A DNA stretch of 64,000 bases from positions 1-64,000 of the IMG/VR virus record IMGVR_UViG_3300028920_000056, one strand, 5' to 3'. This DNA is from a virus. Each line of letters opens with the position of its first letter. Positions within the stretch are counted from its first letter, which is position 1. Both the position numbers and the translations under genes were made by a program. Below, piece after piece: positions 30,837 through 41,008 of the stretch. The notes beneath the pieces are model-generated. The model saw only the letters and a list, made by a program, of their open reading frames with translations. It was not told the origin of the DNA and ran no database searches.

Positions 30837-31045
30837 ATGAATCGTTTAATGCTTAAGCATCCAAACAAAGACATGTATGCATTCTTTCTAAGCAAACTAT
30901 ATGATAAAGCTATCTTTATGTTTTATAACTCTAGAAAGAAAGCAATTTATTATGGTACTGAAGTTGTTAAAGGTGTTTATAAAGAACAAGTAAATGATTG
31001 CCTTCTGAGATGAAGCATGAGATTTTTAAGTGGTATTTTAAATGA
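30837..31045 (+). pseudogene. frameshifted paralogue of 31042..31266
   Basis: MNRLML...QVND then a 1-nt loss, then PSEMKHEIFKWYFK, nearly identical to the tail of the next gene. Confidence 0.65.
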
Positions 31046-31266
31046 ATATTCATAGAATGTATAAAAAACAAGAAGAAGAATCATATGCATTCATTTTAAA
31101 AAAAGATGAAAAAAATGCTTATCGCTGGTTGTTTTATGAGGGGGGAGGGATTTGCTTTTTGAAAAATATGCCAATTCATCCAATTACTAAAGTATATTCA
31201 GTAAAAGTGAATGATTTGCCGACTGAAATGAAACATGAAATTTTTAAGTGGTACTTTAACAAATAA
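31042..31266 (+). CDS. small protein, C-terminal IxxIF-tag family
   Basis: ends PTEMKHEIFKWYFNK. Confidence 0.65.
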   Translation: MNIHRMYKKQEEESYAFILKKDEKNAYRWLFYEGGGICFLKNMPIHPITKVYSVKVNDLPTEMKHEIFKWYFNK

Positions 31267-31481
31267 TTATTTTAGGGAGTTAATATGAAAAAAGAATACA
31301 GCGCACATGAAAAGAAGATATTGAATCGTGTAAAAGACAAGATAAAGTTATCAGGCTCGCAGTGGCGTGCTTTATTAGAAGACATGAAAAATGGTGAAAT
31401 TAAACGCGTTATATGTTTTAAATATAACATTCCACTAAAATATTATAAGTGGGTAAAAAGAATAGTTGGAGAAATGTAACT

Positions 31482-31784
31482 ATGAATACGAAATTAACTG
31501 TAAAAAAAAGTGGTGATACTAATTTTGTACCAGTGAAATATGCTGTTATAGAAATGGCAATTGGTGCAGACGCTGCTAATACAAATGTTGTAATACAAGT
31601 TATGAAACCTGGATTTGATACAGAAGCTAATTATAATAAATGGAAATCTACTTGGCATGGTGATGAATCTTCATTGGTTGGTAGAGATCCAATTGGAATA
31701 GTTGGAACTATTGGTGCTCTTGAAGTTGTTGCATTAAATACATTAGTTGCTTACACAGTTGCGACACCAAGTATGGATCAATAA
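31482..31784 (+). CDS. hypothetical protein, structural-like composition
   Basis: ATG after GGAG; A/V/T-rich. Confidence 0.5.
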   Translation: MNTKLTVKKSGDTNFVPVKYAVIEMAIGADAANTNVVIQVMKPGFDTEANYNKWKSTWHGDESSLVGRDPIGIVGTIGALEVVALNTLVAYTVATPSMDQ

Positions 31785-32047
31785 TGAAATGGTTGGCTTA
31801 CGTTGGTAAAGATATTCTAAACAATCTAGAATTAGGGTTTGGTCCAATTTCAAGTTTGCACTCTGGGAATAGATCTGGTCGTTATGAAATTAACATAATA
31901 CCAAATACTGGTGTATATTATCGTCAGAATCGTGTAAAAGTTACAACTAATAGTAGGTCTAATCTTTGGTATGGGATGAAAGACAATAATATTTATGAAG
32001 ATAAACATAAAGCTTTAGAATATTTGTTTACGGAATTATTTAAATGA
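31784..32047 (+). CDS. small protein, C-terminal IxxIF-tag family
   Basis: ends KALEYLFTELFK. Confidence 0.6.
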   Translation: MKWLAYVGKDILNNLELGFGPISSLHSGNRSGRYEINIIPNTGVYYRQNRVKVTTNSRSNLWYGMKDNNIYEDKHKALEYLFTELFK

Positions 32048-32292
32048 AGAAAGGTGATATAGTATATTCATTTGGTAATACTGATAGAACTGGTAAGCCA
32101 GAATCAATCATTATTTCTAAGTTCATAAAAGAGATTGATAATACTTTTTCAACTGTTATAACATTAAAAATAGTTGGCGAAAAATTACCAAGAATTCCAA
32201 TTGGTAAAAAGAGAGAAACTATTAGCCATGAATTAAAAGATAAATATAAATTGATAAAGTTTTTATTTTGGTATCTGGACAGAAAAAAATGA
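32044..32292 (+). CDS. small protein, C-terminal IxxIF-tag family
   Basis: MKKGDIVY ... KYKLIKFLFW. Confidence 0.6.
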   Translation: MKKGDIVYSFGNTDRTGKPESIIISKFIKEIDNTFSTVITLKIVGEKLPRIPIGKKRETISHELKDKYKLIKFLFWYLDRKK

Positions 32293-32642
32293 GTAAAGAT
32301 TTAGAAAAAAAGAATAACAAAGAATTAATCTTAATAGATGAAACAGCTCAAAAAGTTATTAATTATTCAGAAGATGATAGACGGAAAGCAGATGATCTAT
32401 ATACTTATTATAAAAGTTTAATTGAAGCTGGAGATAAAAAAGGTGAGACTAGAGAAGGTCTTGCTAAAGCTTTAGAATTAAGAGAAAAATCAGTACAGAA
32501 TTTGATAGAAATATTAAAAATAAAAGCTAAAGTGATAGAAAAGAAAATACTAGCAGAGTCTAGAAAAAATAATCCAATAGATAATTTGAGGAATGTTGGT
32601 TCTGATAATAGTAATTTAATTAATGAAATAGAGGATATATAA
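32289..32642 (+). CDS. helical protein, candidate terminase small subunit
   Basis: helical/coiled ~117 aa a short distance upstream of terL; positional inference only. Confidence 0.35.
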   Translation: MSKDLEKKNNKELILIDETAQKVINYSEDDRRKADDLYTYYKSLIEAGDKKGETREGLAKALELREKSVQNLIEILKIKAKVIEKKILAESRKNNPIDNLRNVGSDNSNLINEIEDI

Positions 32643-32665
32643 TTATTAAAATAGGTGATAAAGAC

Positions 32666-33097
32666 ATGGATGATAAAGAAGTCAATGAACTAAAATTTTC
32701 AATGTATTCTCAGAGACCAGAATCAGATCTTTCAAAAGATTTCTTAGATGAATGTTTGGGAATTTTAGATAATATTGAAGACAGTAAAAACACAGATTGC
32801 GTTAATTGGAAAGAAAGAGCAAAAATGGATGAGGCCACTAAAAGAAGTGGAAATATGTTATATGATGCTGAAAGTAATTCTGATACTTATAAAATATTAA
32901 ACAGTGATTATGATGTTGCGTCTAACTCTAATTCTAAAAAAAGCAAACCAAATGTAAAAGAAGCTAAACCAGCAAATGAAAAAGAAGAAGCTTTAATGAA
33001 TGGTTTAGCAGATATAATGGGACAAATTGAAAAATTAGATGAAGCAGAAGTACAGCTTAAAGAATCTAAAAAGAAAGAGGTCAAAAAAGATGGCTAA
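32666..33097 (+). CDS. hypothetical protein
   Basis: 143 aa, AGGTG RBS. Confidence 0.5.
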   Translation: MDDKEVNELKFSMYSQRPESDLSKDFLDECLGILDNIEDSKNTDCVNWKERAKMDEATKRSGNMLYDAESNSDTYKILNSDYDVASNSNSKKSKPNVKEAKPANEKEEALMNGLADIMGQIEKLDEAEVQLKESKKKEVKKDG

Positions 33098-33324
33098 TAT
33101 CAACTATGATGATTTTGAAGAACAAATAAAGTTTATCGAAAATGGCAAGCATCTTAATGAATTAGAGATGACTGGTGTTGCAAATGTAAATCCAGCATTG
33201 ATAACTCGCAAGCAACAATTAGAAAAAAAGCTAGCTAATTTAGAAAAAGAAAAAGCTAAAGTCACAGATGACTTGGCCGAAGTAGACAAAGCAATTGCTT
33301 TAGAGAAAGCTGCTAAAACAACAG

Positions 33325-35238
33325 GTGTTTAACAAAGATGATATGGATAAAGAAGAAATTCTTGCTAGTTTGCAAAACAAAATCGATGAATATACTCTCC
33401 CCGAAAAATTAGAAAACATACCGCTTTCTGGTGTAATAGTAACAACAAAATATAATGATGGCACAACTGAAAAAGTTGACAAAGTTGCAGAATTTTATTT
33501 ATGCAAAAAACATTTTGTTTATTTTGCAGACAGATATGGTTTGTATAAAGATCAGAAAAATAAAAGAATATTTGCATTTAAATTACATGATTTCCAAAGA
33601 AATTTAATAGCTCCTGGATTTTTAAATAATAGATTTATTATATTTAGAAAAGCTAGACAAGTTGGTATTTCAGTTATTTCTGGAATTTATGCAGTTTGGA
33701 TATCTAACTTTAATATAGCGCAAGAAATTCTTATAGTATCAAAAGGTAAAGCTGATGCGCAAAAGTTCAAAGCAAAAGCAATGCTTACTTATGATGCATT
33801 GCCAAATTTTTTAAAATGTAGAGCAACTAGAGATGGTCAAAATATGACTACTCTCAAATTAACTAATCATTCAGAAATTATAGTACGAGCTCAATCACCA
33901 GACTCTGGACGTGGGGGCACTTGGTCTTTAGTAATATTAGATGAAGCAGCATTCATGCCTTATGCGGAAGAGATATGGGATTCAATATTTCCAGCACTAA
34001 GCGAATCTGATGGACAAGCAATTGTAATTTCTACAAGTAATGGAGTTGGCAATTGGTATCATAAAAAATGGGTCGAAGCTGAAGAAGAAGAAAATGATTT
34101 TTATCCTATTTATATTCCATGGTGGAAATTTCCAAATAGAGATAATCCATGGCTTAAAAAAATAGAAATTGGAGATTATAATTGGATTGCTAATGAACTA
34201 GGTGAAAAGAAATGTAAAGAAATACGTAGAAAAATTACAAAAGATGCATTAGAAAGTGGTGAATTTGCTATATATAACAAGAGATTGTTAGAAGCTTTCA
34301 TTAATGGAAAAGAAGAAGAAGCTCTTTCATATGAAGGACCAAGAGAAAATAAACCATGGCTAAAAATACAACATGACAACGCATCTTCAGTTAGAAAATT
34401 TAATCAAGAGATTTTAGCTAAATTTTTAGGATCTGGAAATACTGTAATTTCTGCAAGAGCTCTAGAAAGACTACAAAATCAAACTACAGAGCCTATATAT
34501 AAAGATCATTTGAATAAAGAAATACCAATAAAAGGTTTATATATATTTCAAGAACCACAAGAAGGTATAACGTATACTCTTCTAAGTGATGTCATGTCTG
34601 GTTGTGGCACTGATTATAGTACTTTTTTAGTATTTAGAGATGACACTCTAGAACAAGTTGCTGAATATAAAAATCAATTAGACACAAAAGTATTTTCTAA
34701 ACACATAAAGCAAGTTGCCGAGCATTATCATTATGCTTATGTAGTTATAGAAACAAATCAAGGTATGTCAGTGTTTAATGAATTATTTTTACATGAGACT
34801 AAGCCATATTATAATATGTTTTATGAGTTCAAGAGAAAAGCTTATAGAGGATTACATACTGGACCGGCTAACAAGAAATTGATGATTGATGAATTTATGT
34901 ATTGTTTGGACAATAATATTATTAAAATATATGGCAAAAGAACTTTAGGAGAGTTAGAAGTATATATATGGGATGACAAAGGTAGACCAAAAGCTTCTAA
35001 AGGATATAATGATGACTTAGTACTTCCTATAATGTTTTTGGCTTATCTTTTAAAATATGGCAATCAAAAAATGCAAGGGTTGGGTTTTGCAACATCAGAT
35101 CAGACTATTGGGAAAGAGAAAGATTGGGATTTAGATGAAAAAGAAGAAGAAAAATATAGAAGAGAACAATATGCCATTGAAAGAGTAAAAGATAATTATG
35201 GAGTAGATTGGGAAACATATAAGGAGCTTATAAAATAA
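33325..35238 (+). CDS. terL: terminase large subunit (gp17-like)
   Basis: LHDFQ, KARQVGIS Walker A, LVILDEAAF Walker B, ISTSNG, FNQE, SDVMSGCGTDYS, ETN, DDLV; start may be the ATG at 33343. Confidence 0.95.
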   Translation: MFNKDDMDKEEILASLQNKIDEYTLPEKLENIPLSGVIVTTKYNDGTTEKVDKVAEFYLCKKHFVYFADRYGLYKDQKNKRIFAFKLHDFQRNLIAPGFLNNRFIIFRKARQVGISVISGIYAVWISNFNIAQEILIVSKGKADAQKFKAKAMLTYDALPNFLKCRATRDGQNMTTLKLTNHSEIIVRAQSPDSGRGGTWSLVILDEAAFMPYAEEIWDSIFPALSESDGQAIVISTSNGVGNWYHKKWVEAEEEENDFYPIYIPWWKFPNRDNPWLKKIEIGDYNWIANELGEKKCKEIRRKITKDALESGEFAIYNKRLLEAFINGKEEEALSYEGPRENKPWLKIQHDNASSVRKFNQEILAKFLGSGNTVISARALERLQNQTTEPIYKDHLNKEIPIKGLYIFQEPQEGITYTLLSDVMSGCGTDYSTFLVFRDDTLEQVAEYKNQLDTKVFSKHIKQVAEHYHYAYVVIETNQGMSVFNELFLHETKPYYNMFYEFKRKAYRGLHTGPANKKLMIDEFMYCLDNNIIKIYGKRTLGELEVYIWDDKGRPKASKGYNDDLVLPIMFLAYLLKYGNQKMQGLGFATSDQTIGKEKDWDLDEKEEEKYRREQYAIERVKDNYGVDWETYKELIK

Positions 35239-35239
35239 A

Positions 35240-35521
35240 ATGTTTGCTTGGAAAGATATAAAATTAAAAACTATTGACTCTAAACGTGGTTATTATAAAG
35301 CTTCTTTTGAATCGTTTGAACTTGTAGCATTTAGTAGTAGGTGGATGAATAGAATTTGGTGGGAGTTGAGATTACAAATAAAAGATAAAAAATTTAATGT
35401 ACCCCATAAAACTATATATCCCAGAGAAAAAGGATTCAGAGATTCTATAGCAAAATATTTTAATAATCAACCTGATAAGATAATACGCCACATTTTCGGT
35501 GAAGAAAGTCAAGATAAATAA
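35240..35521 (+). CDS. small protein, C-terminal IxxIF-tag family
   Basis: ends PDKIIRHIFGE; inserted between terL and portal. Confidence 0.6.
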   Translation: MFAWKDIKLKTIDSKRGYYKASFESFELVAFSSRWMNRIWWELRLQIKDKKFNVPHKTIYPREKGFRDSIAKYFNNQPDKIIRHIFGEESQDK

Positions 35522-35541
35522 TAATACTTAAGGAGAACACT

Positions 35542-35856
35542 ATGGCTGAGAAAATGACATTACACAGTTTCTTCAAAAATTTAAATTATTCAATCAATGA
35601 AGAGACAAAGAATTATTTGAACAACTTAAGTGAAGTCAATCTCAAACTTTTGATCAAAAGAATATATGAGAACAATGATCTTATAAAGAATGAATTGAAT
35701 AGACAAGTAAAATTGACTAAATTTAAAACAGTTCAAGATGTAGTTACAAATCTTAATTGCGAAGAAACTCTTGGTTTCATTAGTTGGATGAGTGAGAATA
35801 TTTTTGGAGCAAATCAAGCTATTGAAGAAGAATTAGAAAAAATACTTACTAAATAA
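35542..35856 (+). CDS. hypothetical protein
   Basis: AAGATAAAT motif and AAGGAG RBS. Confidence 0.6.
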   Translation: MAEKMTLHSFFKNLNYSINEETKNYLNNLSEVNLKLLIKRIYENNDLIKNELNRQVKLTKFKTVQDVVTNLNCEETLGFISWMSENIFGANQAIEEELEKILTK

Positions 35857-35873
35857 TAAATATTGGGGATAAT

Positions 35874-36218
35874 ATGCATTTAAATCACAAAGAAAAAGTC
35901 GCTTATAGACATACTAAAGTATGGAAAGAAAAGCGACTAGCTGTGTTGAAGCGAGATGGTAACATTTGCCAATTATGTAATAGGAAATTAAGTTCAAAAA
36001 AATTACATGTCCACCATATAGATGAGGATAAATACAAAGACATTGATGAGATTGAATATTTAGTAACTTTATGTAAAGCTTGTCATCGTCAATTTATCGA
36101 AAGATGGATAGTAAAATTAAGAAGTAAATCATATAAACCAAATAAATATACTTTGCTTATTGAGCAAATAGTTAAAGAGTTTACGGTTGAATTAGATAGA
36201 GAGAAAACAAATGGCTAG
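35874..36218 (+). CDS. HNH endonuclease
   Basis: VLKRDGNICQLC...LHVHHID...LVTLCKACH. Confidence 0.9.
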   Translation: MHLNHKEKVAYRHTKVWKEKRLAVLKRDGNICQLCNRKLSSKKLHVHHIDEDKYKDIDEIEYLVTLCKACHRQFIERWIVKLRSKSYKPNKYTLLIEQIVKEFTVELDREKTNG

Positions 36219-39200
36219 AAGAAAAAATTCAGTAAACATTTCGCAAAGAGCTGCTGTCATACAAAGTTTTTTTAATAAAATCAATGTAACAAAAATACAA
36301 GATTTAGTAAGTGGACAACAGAATGTTGGAACTGAAAATACTTTTAGTATGCAGCGTAGTTCTTTTGAGAGCATTACTTCTATAGATCAAAGTAGAGTAC
36401 AAAGATATCGTGAATATGAACAGATGTGTTATGTTCCAGAACTTAATGGTGGTTTAGAAATATATGCCGATGATGCTTCATTATATAATACAAATGATGA
36501 AGTAATTGAGTCTCTTTCCGACAATAATGAGATAGCTGATAATTTGAGCGACTTATGGTTTAAAGCGTTAGATATGAATGCTAATCTTTGGCACATTATT
36601 TATAACACTTGTAAATATGGTGACGCTTTTTATGAAGTAATACCTGATGATTATACAAACCCTAAACGATTAAAATACATGAGATATATACCTCCCCAAT
36701 ATGTTACTAGAGAAGAGAAAGATGGTAATTTAATACAATTTATTGTAAGAATTCCTGCTGAAGACACAAGAAGTAGTAATTATTCATATTATGCAAATGA
36801 CCAAAATAGTGAAGAAGTTTTTTTAAAACCATGGCAAATTGTTCATTTTAAATTAGATGACAAAGAATTTGAACCATATGGAAAATCTGTTTTAGAAACA
36901 GGTAGATTAGCATTTAAACAAATGAAATTAGTTGAAGATGCTATGTTAATCTACAGAATAACTAGAGCCCCTGAGAGAAGAATATTCACTATACCAGTTG
37001 GTAACCTTCCATTTAGAGAAGCAATGAGAAAAGTAGAAGATTTTAAACAAAGATATAGAAAAACTCCATGGATTGATCCATTAACAGGTGAAATCAATTA
37101 TAAAGCAAATCCTATGTGTTTAACTATGGACACTAAGATTGATTTATTAGATGGCAGGACTTTAGAACTACAAGAAATCATAAAGGAATTCGAAGAAGGC
37201 AAGGAGCTTTGGACTTATTCAATAGATCGCGAAAATGACAATCAAATAGTTCCAGGAAAAATCGAGTGGGCAGGACCAACTCGAAAAAATGCCGAGCTAG
37301 TAGAAGTATTTATAGACAACGAAAAATCTATACGATGTACACCAGATCATAAATTCTTGTTAAGAAATGGTGAATATAAAGAGGCCCAGTACCTAAAAGC
37401 AGGTGATTCTTTGATGCCTAAGTACACAAAAGAATCTTCTAAGGGTTATGAAATGGTGTATAATCCTAAAACTAGGAAATATATTCCAACTTATATGGTA
37501 GTTGCTAGACACACTCAAGAGAAAAAGTGGAACAGAAGATGGACCAAAAGAACAATACATCACAAAGATTTTAATAAAATAAATAATAATCCAGACAATC
37601 TTTTGATATTAGAAAATAAAGATCATGTAGGATTACATGGAGAATTAAGTAAAAGAAATTGGTCTAATCCAAAATATAGAAAAAAGCAATATGAGTCTAG
37701 GGTAAAAGCTTGGAGAAATAGTTCAGACGAGAGAAGAAAGCTACAATCAGAATTAATAACTAAATATAATAAAAGCGAAAAGCATAAAAGAGTTACTATA
37801 AGTAGAAATAAAAGAATTTGGTCAGACGAGAAAACAAAAGAAAAAATATCTGCTAATATGAGAAAACCAAAATCTACTACTGAAAACATGAAGATTAAAT
37901 TCGGTGAAAAATTTTGGTCTTTTATTGATAACGCTATTATAAAATTACAAGAACAAAACAAAGTAGTTGAATATCTAAACTCAAACAAAGAATTTATATT
38001 TCATTTCAAAACTTTAACGCCAAGAAACAACGAGTCTATTCACAGACACTTGTTAACTAAAGCTTTTAGACAAAAAGGTTATGACGGTTTTGAAGATTAT
38101 AAGTATACCTTAATTGACGATAATAGATTGTCATATGAAGATATTAAAGACGATCATGAAAATGGTTTGAGTCAAAAAAAGATTGCTAATAAATTTGATG
38201 TTTCAAGATCGGTTATCAAAAAGTTGCTCAGAAGAAATCATAAAGTTGTAAAAGTTGTTCGCTTAAATGAACGAGAAGATACAGGCTGTATTACTGTTGC
38301 AAAATACCACAACTTTGCAATATCAGATATCATCGTGAGAAATTCTATCAACGATGATTTCTTTTTTCCTAGAAGACCAGATGGTAGTGGTCCAGCAGTT
38401 GAAACTTTACCAGGTGGTATGCAATTAAGTGAAATAGATGATGCAAGATTTTTTAAAGAAAAAATTCTTAGAACTATGAGAATTCCGCTTGCTTATTTAA
38501 CTGGAGAAATGACAGGTGATGTCGCAAAGACTTCATTATCTGCTATGGATACTAATTTTGCTAAAACTATAGAAAGAATTCAAAAGCAGATTATAAAAAG
38601 TTTAGAAAAAATAGCGATAATTGAATTAGCATTTAAACGTTTTACAATAGAAGATTTACATGATTTTAGATTAAATCTAACAGTTCCATCAAAGATTTAT
38701 GAAATGCAAGAGTTAGAGACGTTTAATGCAAAATTGAGTGCTATTCAATCAGCAATAGCACTAGCCGACGTAGAAACAAATAAACCATTTTTACCAAGAG
38801 AATGGTTATATAAAAATATAATGAAATTTAATGAAGAAGAAATATCAACTATTAAGCTTATGCAACAAGCTGAAATGGCAGAAAAAGAGGAAGATAAAGC
38901 AAGAGCAGAAGCTACTGCCGGAGGCGAAATGGGTGGAGGTATGATGCCAGGAGGAGGTATGCCACTAGGTGGTGGTATGCCACTAGGTGGTGAACTTGGA
39001 GCTGGTGAAATGGGAGCTGGCGAAATGGGAGCCGGTGAAATGGGAGCTCTAGAGGTTGCGCCAGGCGGCCCGGCTGCTGCTGGTGGTGAAGCTGGATTAG
39101 AAATAGCAAGTAAAATAATTAAAATAGCCGGAAGAGAATTTTTAGTTGAAAATGAGAATGATATTAGAGAAATAATAAAATTTGTTAAAGAATTCAAAGA

Positions 39201-39345
39201 AAACCAAAAGAACGCTAAAGATAACTTTAGAAAGAGGTCTAAGAAAAAGTTGTATGAAAATAAGTTTGATTTACTTTTCATCCAAGGTGAATTTAAAGGC
39301 CTCATAAGACGTGTGAAAAAGAACAAAAATATGCTGAAAGATTAA
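36211..39345 (+). CDS. portal protein (gp20-like) containing an intein
   Basis: IYADDA, KYGDAF, WQIVHF, PYGKSVLE, EDAMLIYRITRAPERRIF, DDFFFPRR, ETLPGG; ~635 aa after splicing. Confidence 0.95.
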   Translation: MARRKNSVNISQRAAVIQSFFNKINVTKIQDLVSGQQNVGTENTFSMQRSSFESITSIDQSRVQRYREYEQMCYVPELNGGLEIYADDASLYNTNDEVIESLSDNNEIADNLSDLWFKALDMNANLWHIIYNTCKYGDAFYEVIPDDYTNPKRLKYMRYIPPQYVTREEKDGNLIQFIVRIPAEDTRSSNYSYYANDQNSEEVFLKPWQIVHFKLDDKEFEPYGKSVLETGRLAFKQMKLVEDAMLIYRITRAPERRIFTIPVGNLPFREAMRKVEDFKQRYRKTPWIDPLTGEINYKANPMCLTMDTKIDLLDGRTLELQEIIKEFEEGKELWTYSIDRENDNQIVPGKIEWAGPTRKNAELVEVFIDNEKSIRCTPDHKFLLRNGEYKEAQYLKAGDSLMPKYTKESSKGYEMVYNPKTRKYIPTYMVVARHTQEKKWNRRWTKRTIHHKDFNKINNNPDNLLILENKDHVGLHGELSKRNWSNPKYRKKQYESRVKAWRNSSDERRKLQSELITKYNKSEKHKRVTISRNKRIWSDEKTKEKISANMRKPKSTTENMKIKFGEKFWSFIDNAIIKLQEQNKVVEYLNSNKEFIFHFKTLTPRNNESIHRHLLTKAFRQKGYDGFEDYKYTLIDDNRLSYEDIKDDHENGLSQKKIANKFDVSRSVIKKLLRRNHKVVKVVRLNEREDTGCITVAKYHNFAISDIIVRNSINDDFFFPRRPDGSGPAVETLPGGMQLSEIDDARFFKEKILRTMRIPLAYLTGEMTGDVAKTSLSAMDTNFAKTIERIQKQIIKSLEKIAIIELAFKRFTIEDLHDFRLNLTVPSKIYEMQELETFNAKLSAIQSAIALADVETNKPFLPREWLYKNIMKFNEEEISTIKLMQQAEMAEKEEDKARAEATAGGEMGGGMMPGGGMPLGGGMPLGGELGAGEMGAGEMGAGEMGALEVAPGGPAAAGGEAGLEIASKIIKIAGREFLVENENDIREIIKFVKEFKENQKNAKDNFRKRSKKKLYENKFDLLFIQGEFKGLIRRVKKNKNMLKD
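37117..38343 (+). mobile_element. intein (409 aa) with HNH homing endonuclease
   Basis: begins CLTMDTKI, block B CTPDHKF, HHKDFNKINNNPDNL HNH, ends YHNFAISDIIVRN|S. Confidence 0.92.
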
Positions 39346-39363
39346 GACTAGGAGGTCTTCTCT

Positions 39364-40623
39364 ATGGATTTAAAATATAGCCAAATGAGACAACTTACCA
39401 ATTATAGCAATGATAAGATGGTAAATATTATCAAAACTAAAATTGCTGAATCAGAAAACGCCGCTGTTGCTCTAGTATTTGATGATCAATTAATAATACT
39501 TGATGAAGATACAGATGAATTTCATGTTGCTAAATACAAAATCGACAACAGAGCTTTAAAGTTGACAAATTGGGAAAAAGTTAATTTAACTCCTGACAGT
39601 GATACTAAATTAGAATCTATTGCTAATAAATATTTCAACCCACTAAATGAAGAAGAAATTACTGTCAAAAATATGTTAGATGCTTTTAATTTGAAGTTTT
39701 CTGATGAACCAATTAAGGAGCTAATCAACAATACTCACGTTGAAAAATGCGGTATAGTTTCATCAACACCAAAAATCAAAGCATTAAGAGAAGTCAGAAA
39801 AATACGTGGAGAGTTTTCAGATGATATAACTGAATTATTTGAAGATGACAAAATTAAATCTTTGTTAGTTACTATTTCAGAAGATGGTCCAGTACAGAAC
39901 ACAATTTCTAAAATAGACTTTAAAAGACCAGTTTCTGTTGCACTATTTGAATCTTCTTCAAATAAAGTAGTTAATTTATCAAAAGAAAAAGTCAACAAGC
40001 AACGTACAAAAAATATCAGAAGCAAAGTTAATAACTTGTGGACGTCACAATCATTCAAAAATGACTTCAGCGATTTGATTAAAGATATGAGTGAATCAGA
40101 AGATGTAAAAGAGACATTATCTAAATTTGTAAATCAACACAAAGAAATACTTCTAATTAGTGAAAGTGAATTAGAAGATTTAATTGTAAAAACTACACTT
40201 ATGATTGGTGAAGCTCAGAATACTGAAGAACTAAGTGATATTTTTAAAGAATATATTAATATCGACGAAGTTCAACAAATGAAAAACGAATATATTAAAA
40301 GAAATAAAATCAATGAAGAAAATGAAAAAGAAGATGAAGAAGAAGAAATGCCACCTGAAGGGGAAGAAGAACCTGAGGAAAAAGATGAAAAAGAAAAAGA
40401 ATCAACAATTGATGAAGATTCAATAAATAAAATCTTAAAAGTTTTAAATAAAATCAAAGAACCCCTTGAAGATAAAACACTTGAAAGTAAATTTGTTAAT
40501 GCTTTCATACAAAATTTAGAAGATGCAAAAGTCGGATCGATTGGGGAGGGAAAACTAAAAGAAGTTTTAGACTTCTTAAGTGCTATCTATGAAGATGCAC
40601 AATCTAAAAAAGAGGAGGAATAA
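39364..40623 (+). CDS. head assembly/core protein (putative)
   Basis: 419-aa acidic helical protein between portal and protease; GGAGG RBS. Confidence 0.55.
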   Translation: MDLKYSQMRQLTNYSNDKMVNIIKTKIAESENAAVALVFDDQLIILDEDTDEFHVAKYKIDNRALKLTNWEKVNLTPDSDTKLESIANKYFNPLNEEEITVKNMLDAFNLKFSDEPIKELINNTHVEKCGIVSSTPKIKALREVRKIRGEFSDDITELFEDDKIKSLLVTISEDGPVQNTISKIDFKRPVSVALFESSSNKVVNLSKEKVNKQRTKNIRSKVNNLWTSQSFKNDFSDLIKDMSESEDVKETLSKFVNQHKEILLISESELEDLIVKTTLMIGEAQNTEELSDIFKEYINIDEVQQMKNEYIKRNKINEENEKEDEEEEMPPEGEEEPEEKDEKEKESTIDEDSINKILKVLNKIKEPLEDKTLESKFVNAFIQNLEDAKVGSIGEGKLKEVLDFLSAIYEDAQSKKEEE

Positions 40624-40625
40624 TT

Positions 40626-41006
40626 ATGGCATATAAATATGAAGAGTATAATGAAACTCTTAAAGAACAACTAGAATTGGCCGGCGTTCCTCTTGAAGAA
40701 GCTGAACCAACAGTTGATGTACCTGATGAAACTGATTTAGAAGGTGGTTTTGGAGCTAAAGAAACTCCAGAAGAAAAAGAAGAGCCAGAAAAGGATGAAA
40801 ATGATGGAGAAATTAATGATGAATGGTCTTCTAAAATAAATAGTAAAGGTGAGTTTAAAATAGAATTTTACAACAATTTTGTTTATGTTTATTACAAAAA
40901 TAGAAGAAGTCAAAGAATTTCTATAGATCCTAAAGTAAAACCATATAAAAAAATAGTGAGTAAATTCGTAAACAAGATTTTTGATCATATTGAAAAAAAG
41001 AGTTAA
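40626..41006 (+). CDS. hypothetical head-associated protein
   Basis: LELAGVPLEEA leader resembles the scaffold C-terminal LDLAGV. Confidence 0.5.
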   Translation: MAYKYEEYNETLKEQLELAGVPLEEAEPTVDVPDETDLEGGFGAKETPEEKEEPEKDENDGEINDEWSSKINSKGEFKIEFYNNFVYVYYKNRRSQRISIDPKVKPYKKIVSKFVNKIFDHIEKKS

Positions 41007-41008
41007 TT

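Noticed and set aside
38920-39095. GC-rich short tandem repeats
   Set aside because: They encode the Gly/Met/Pro-rich disordered C-terminal tail of the portal, common in T4-like portals.
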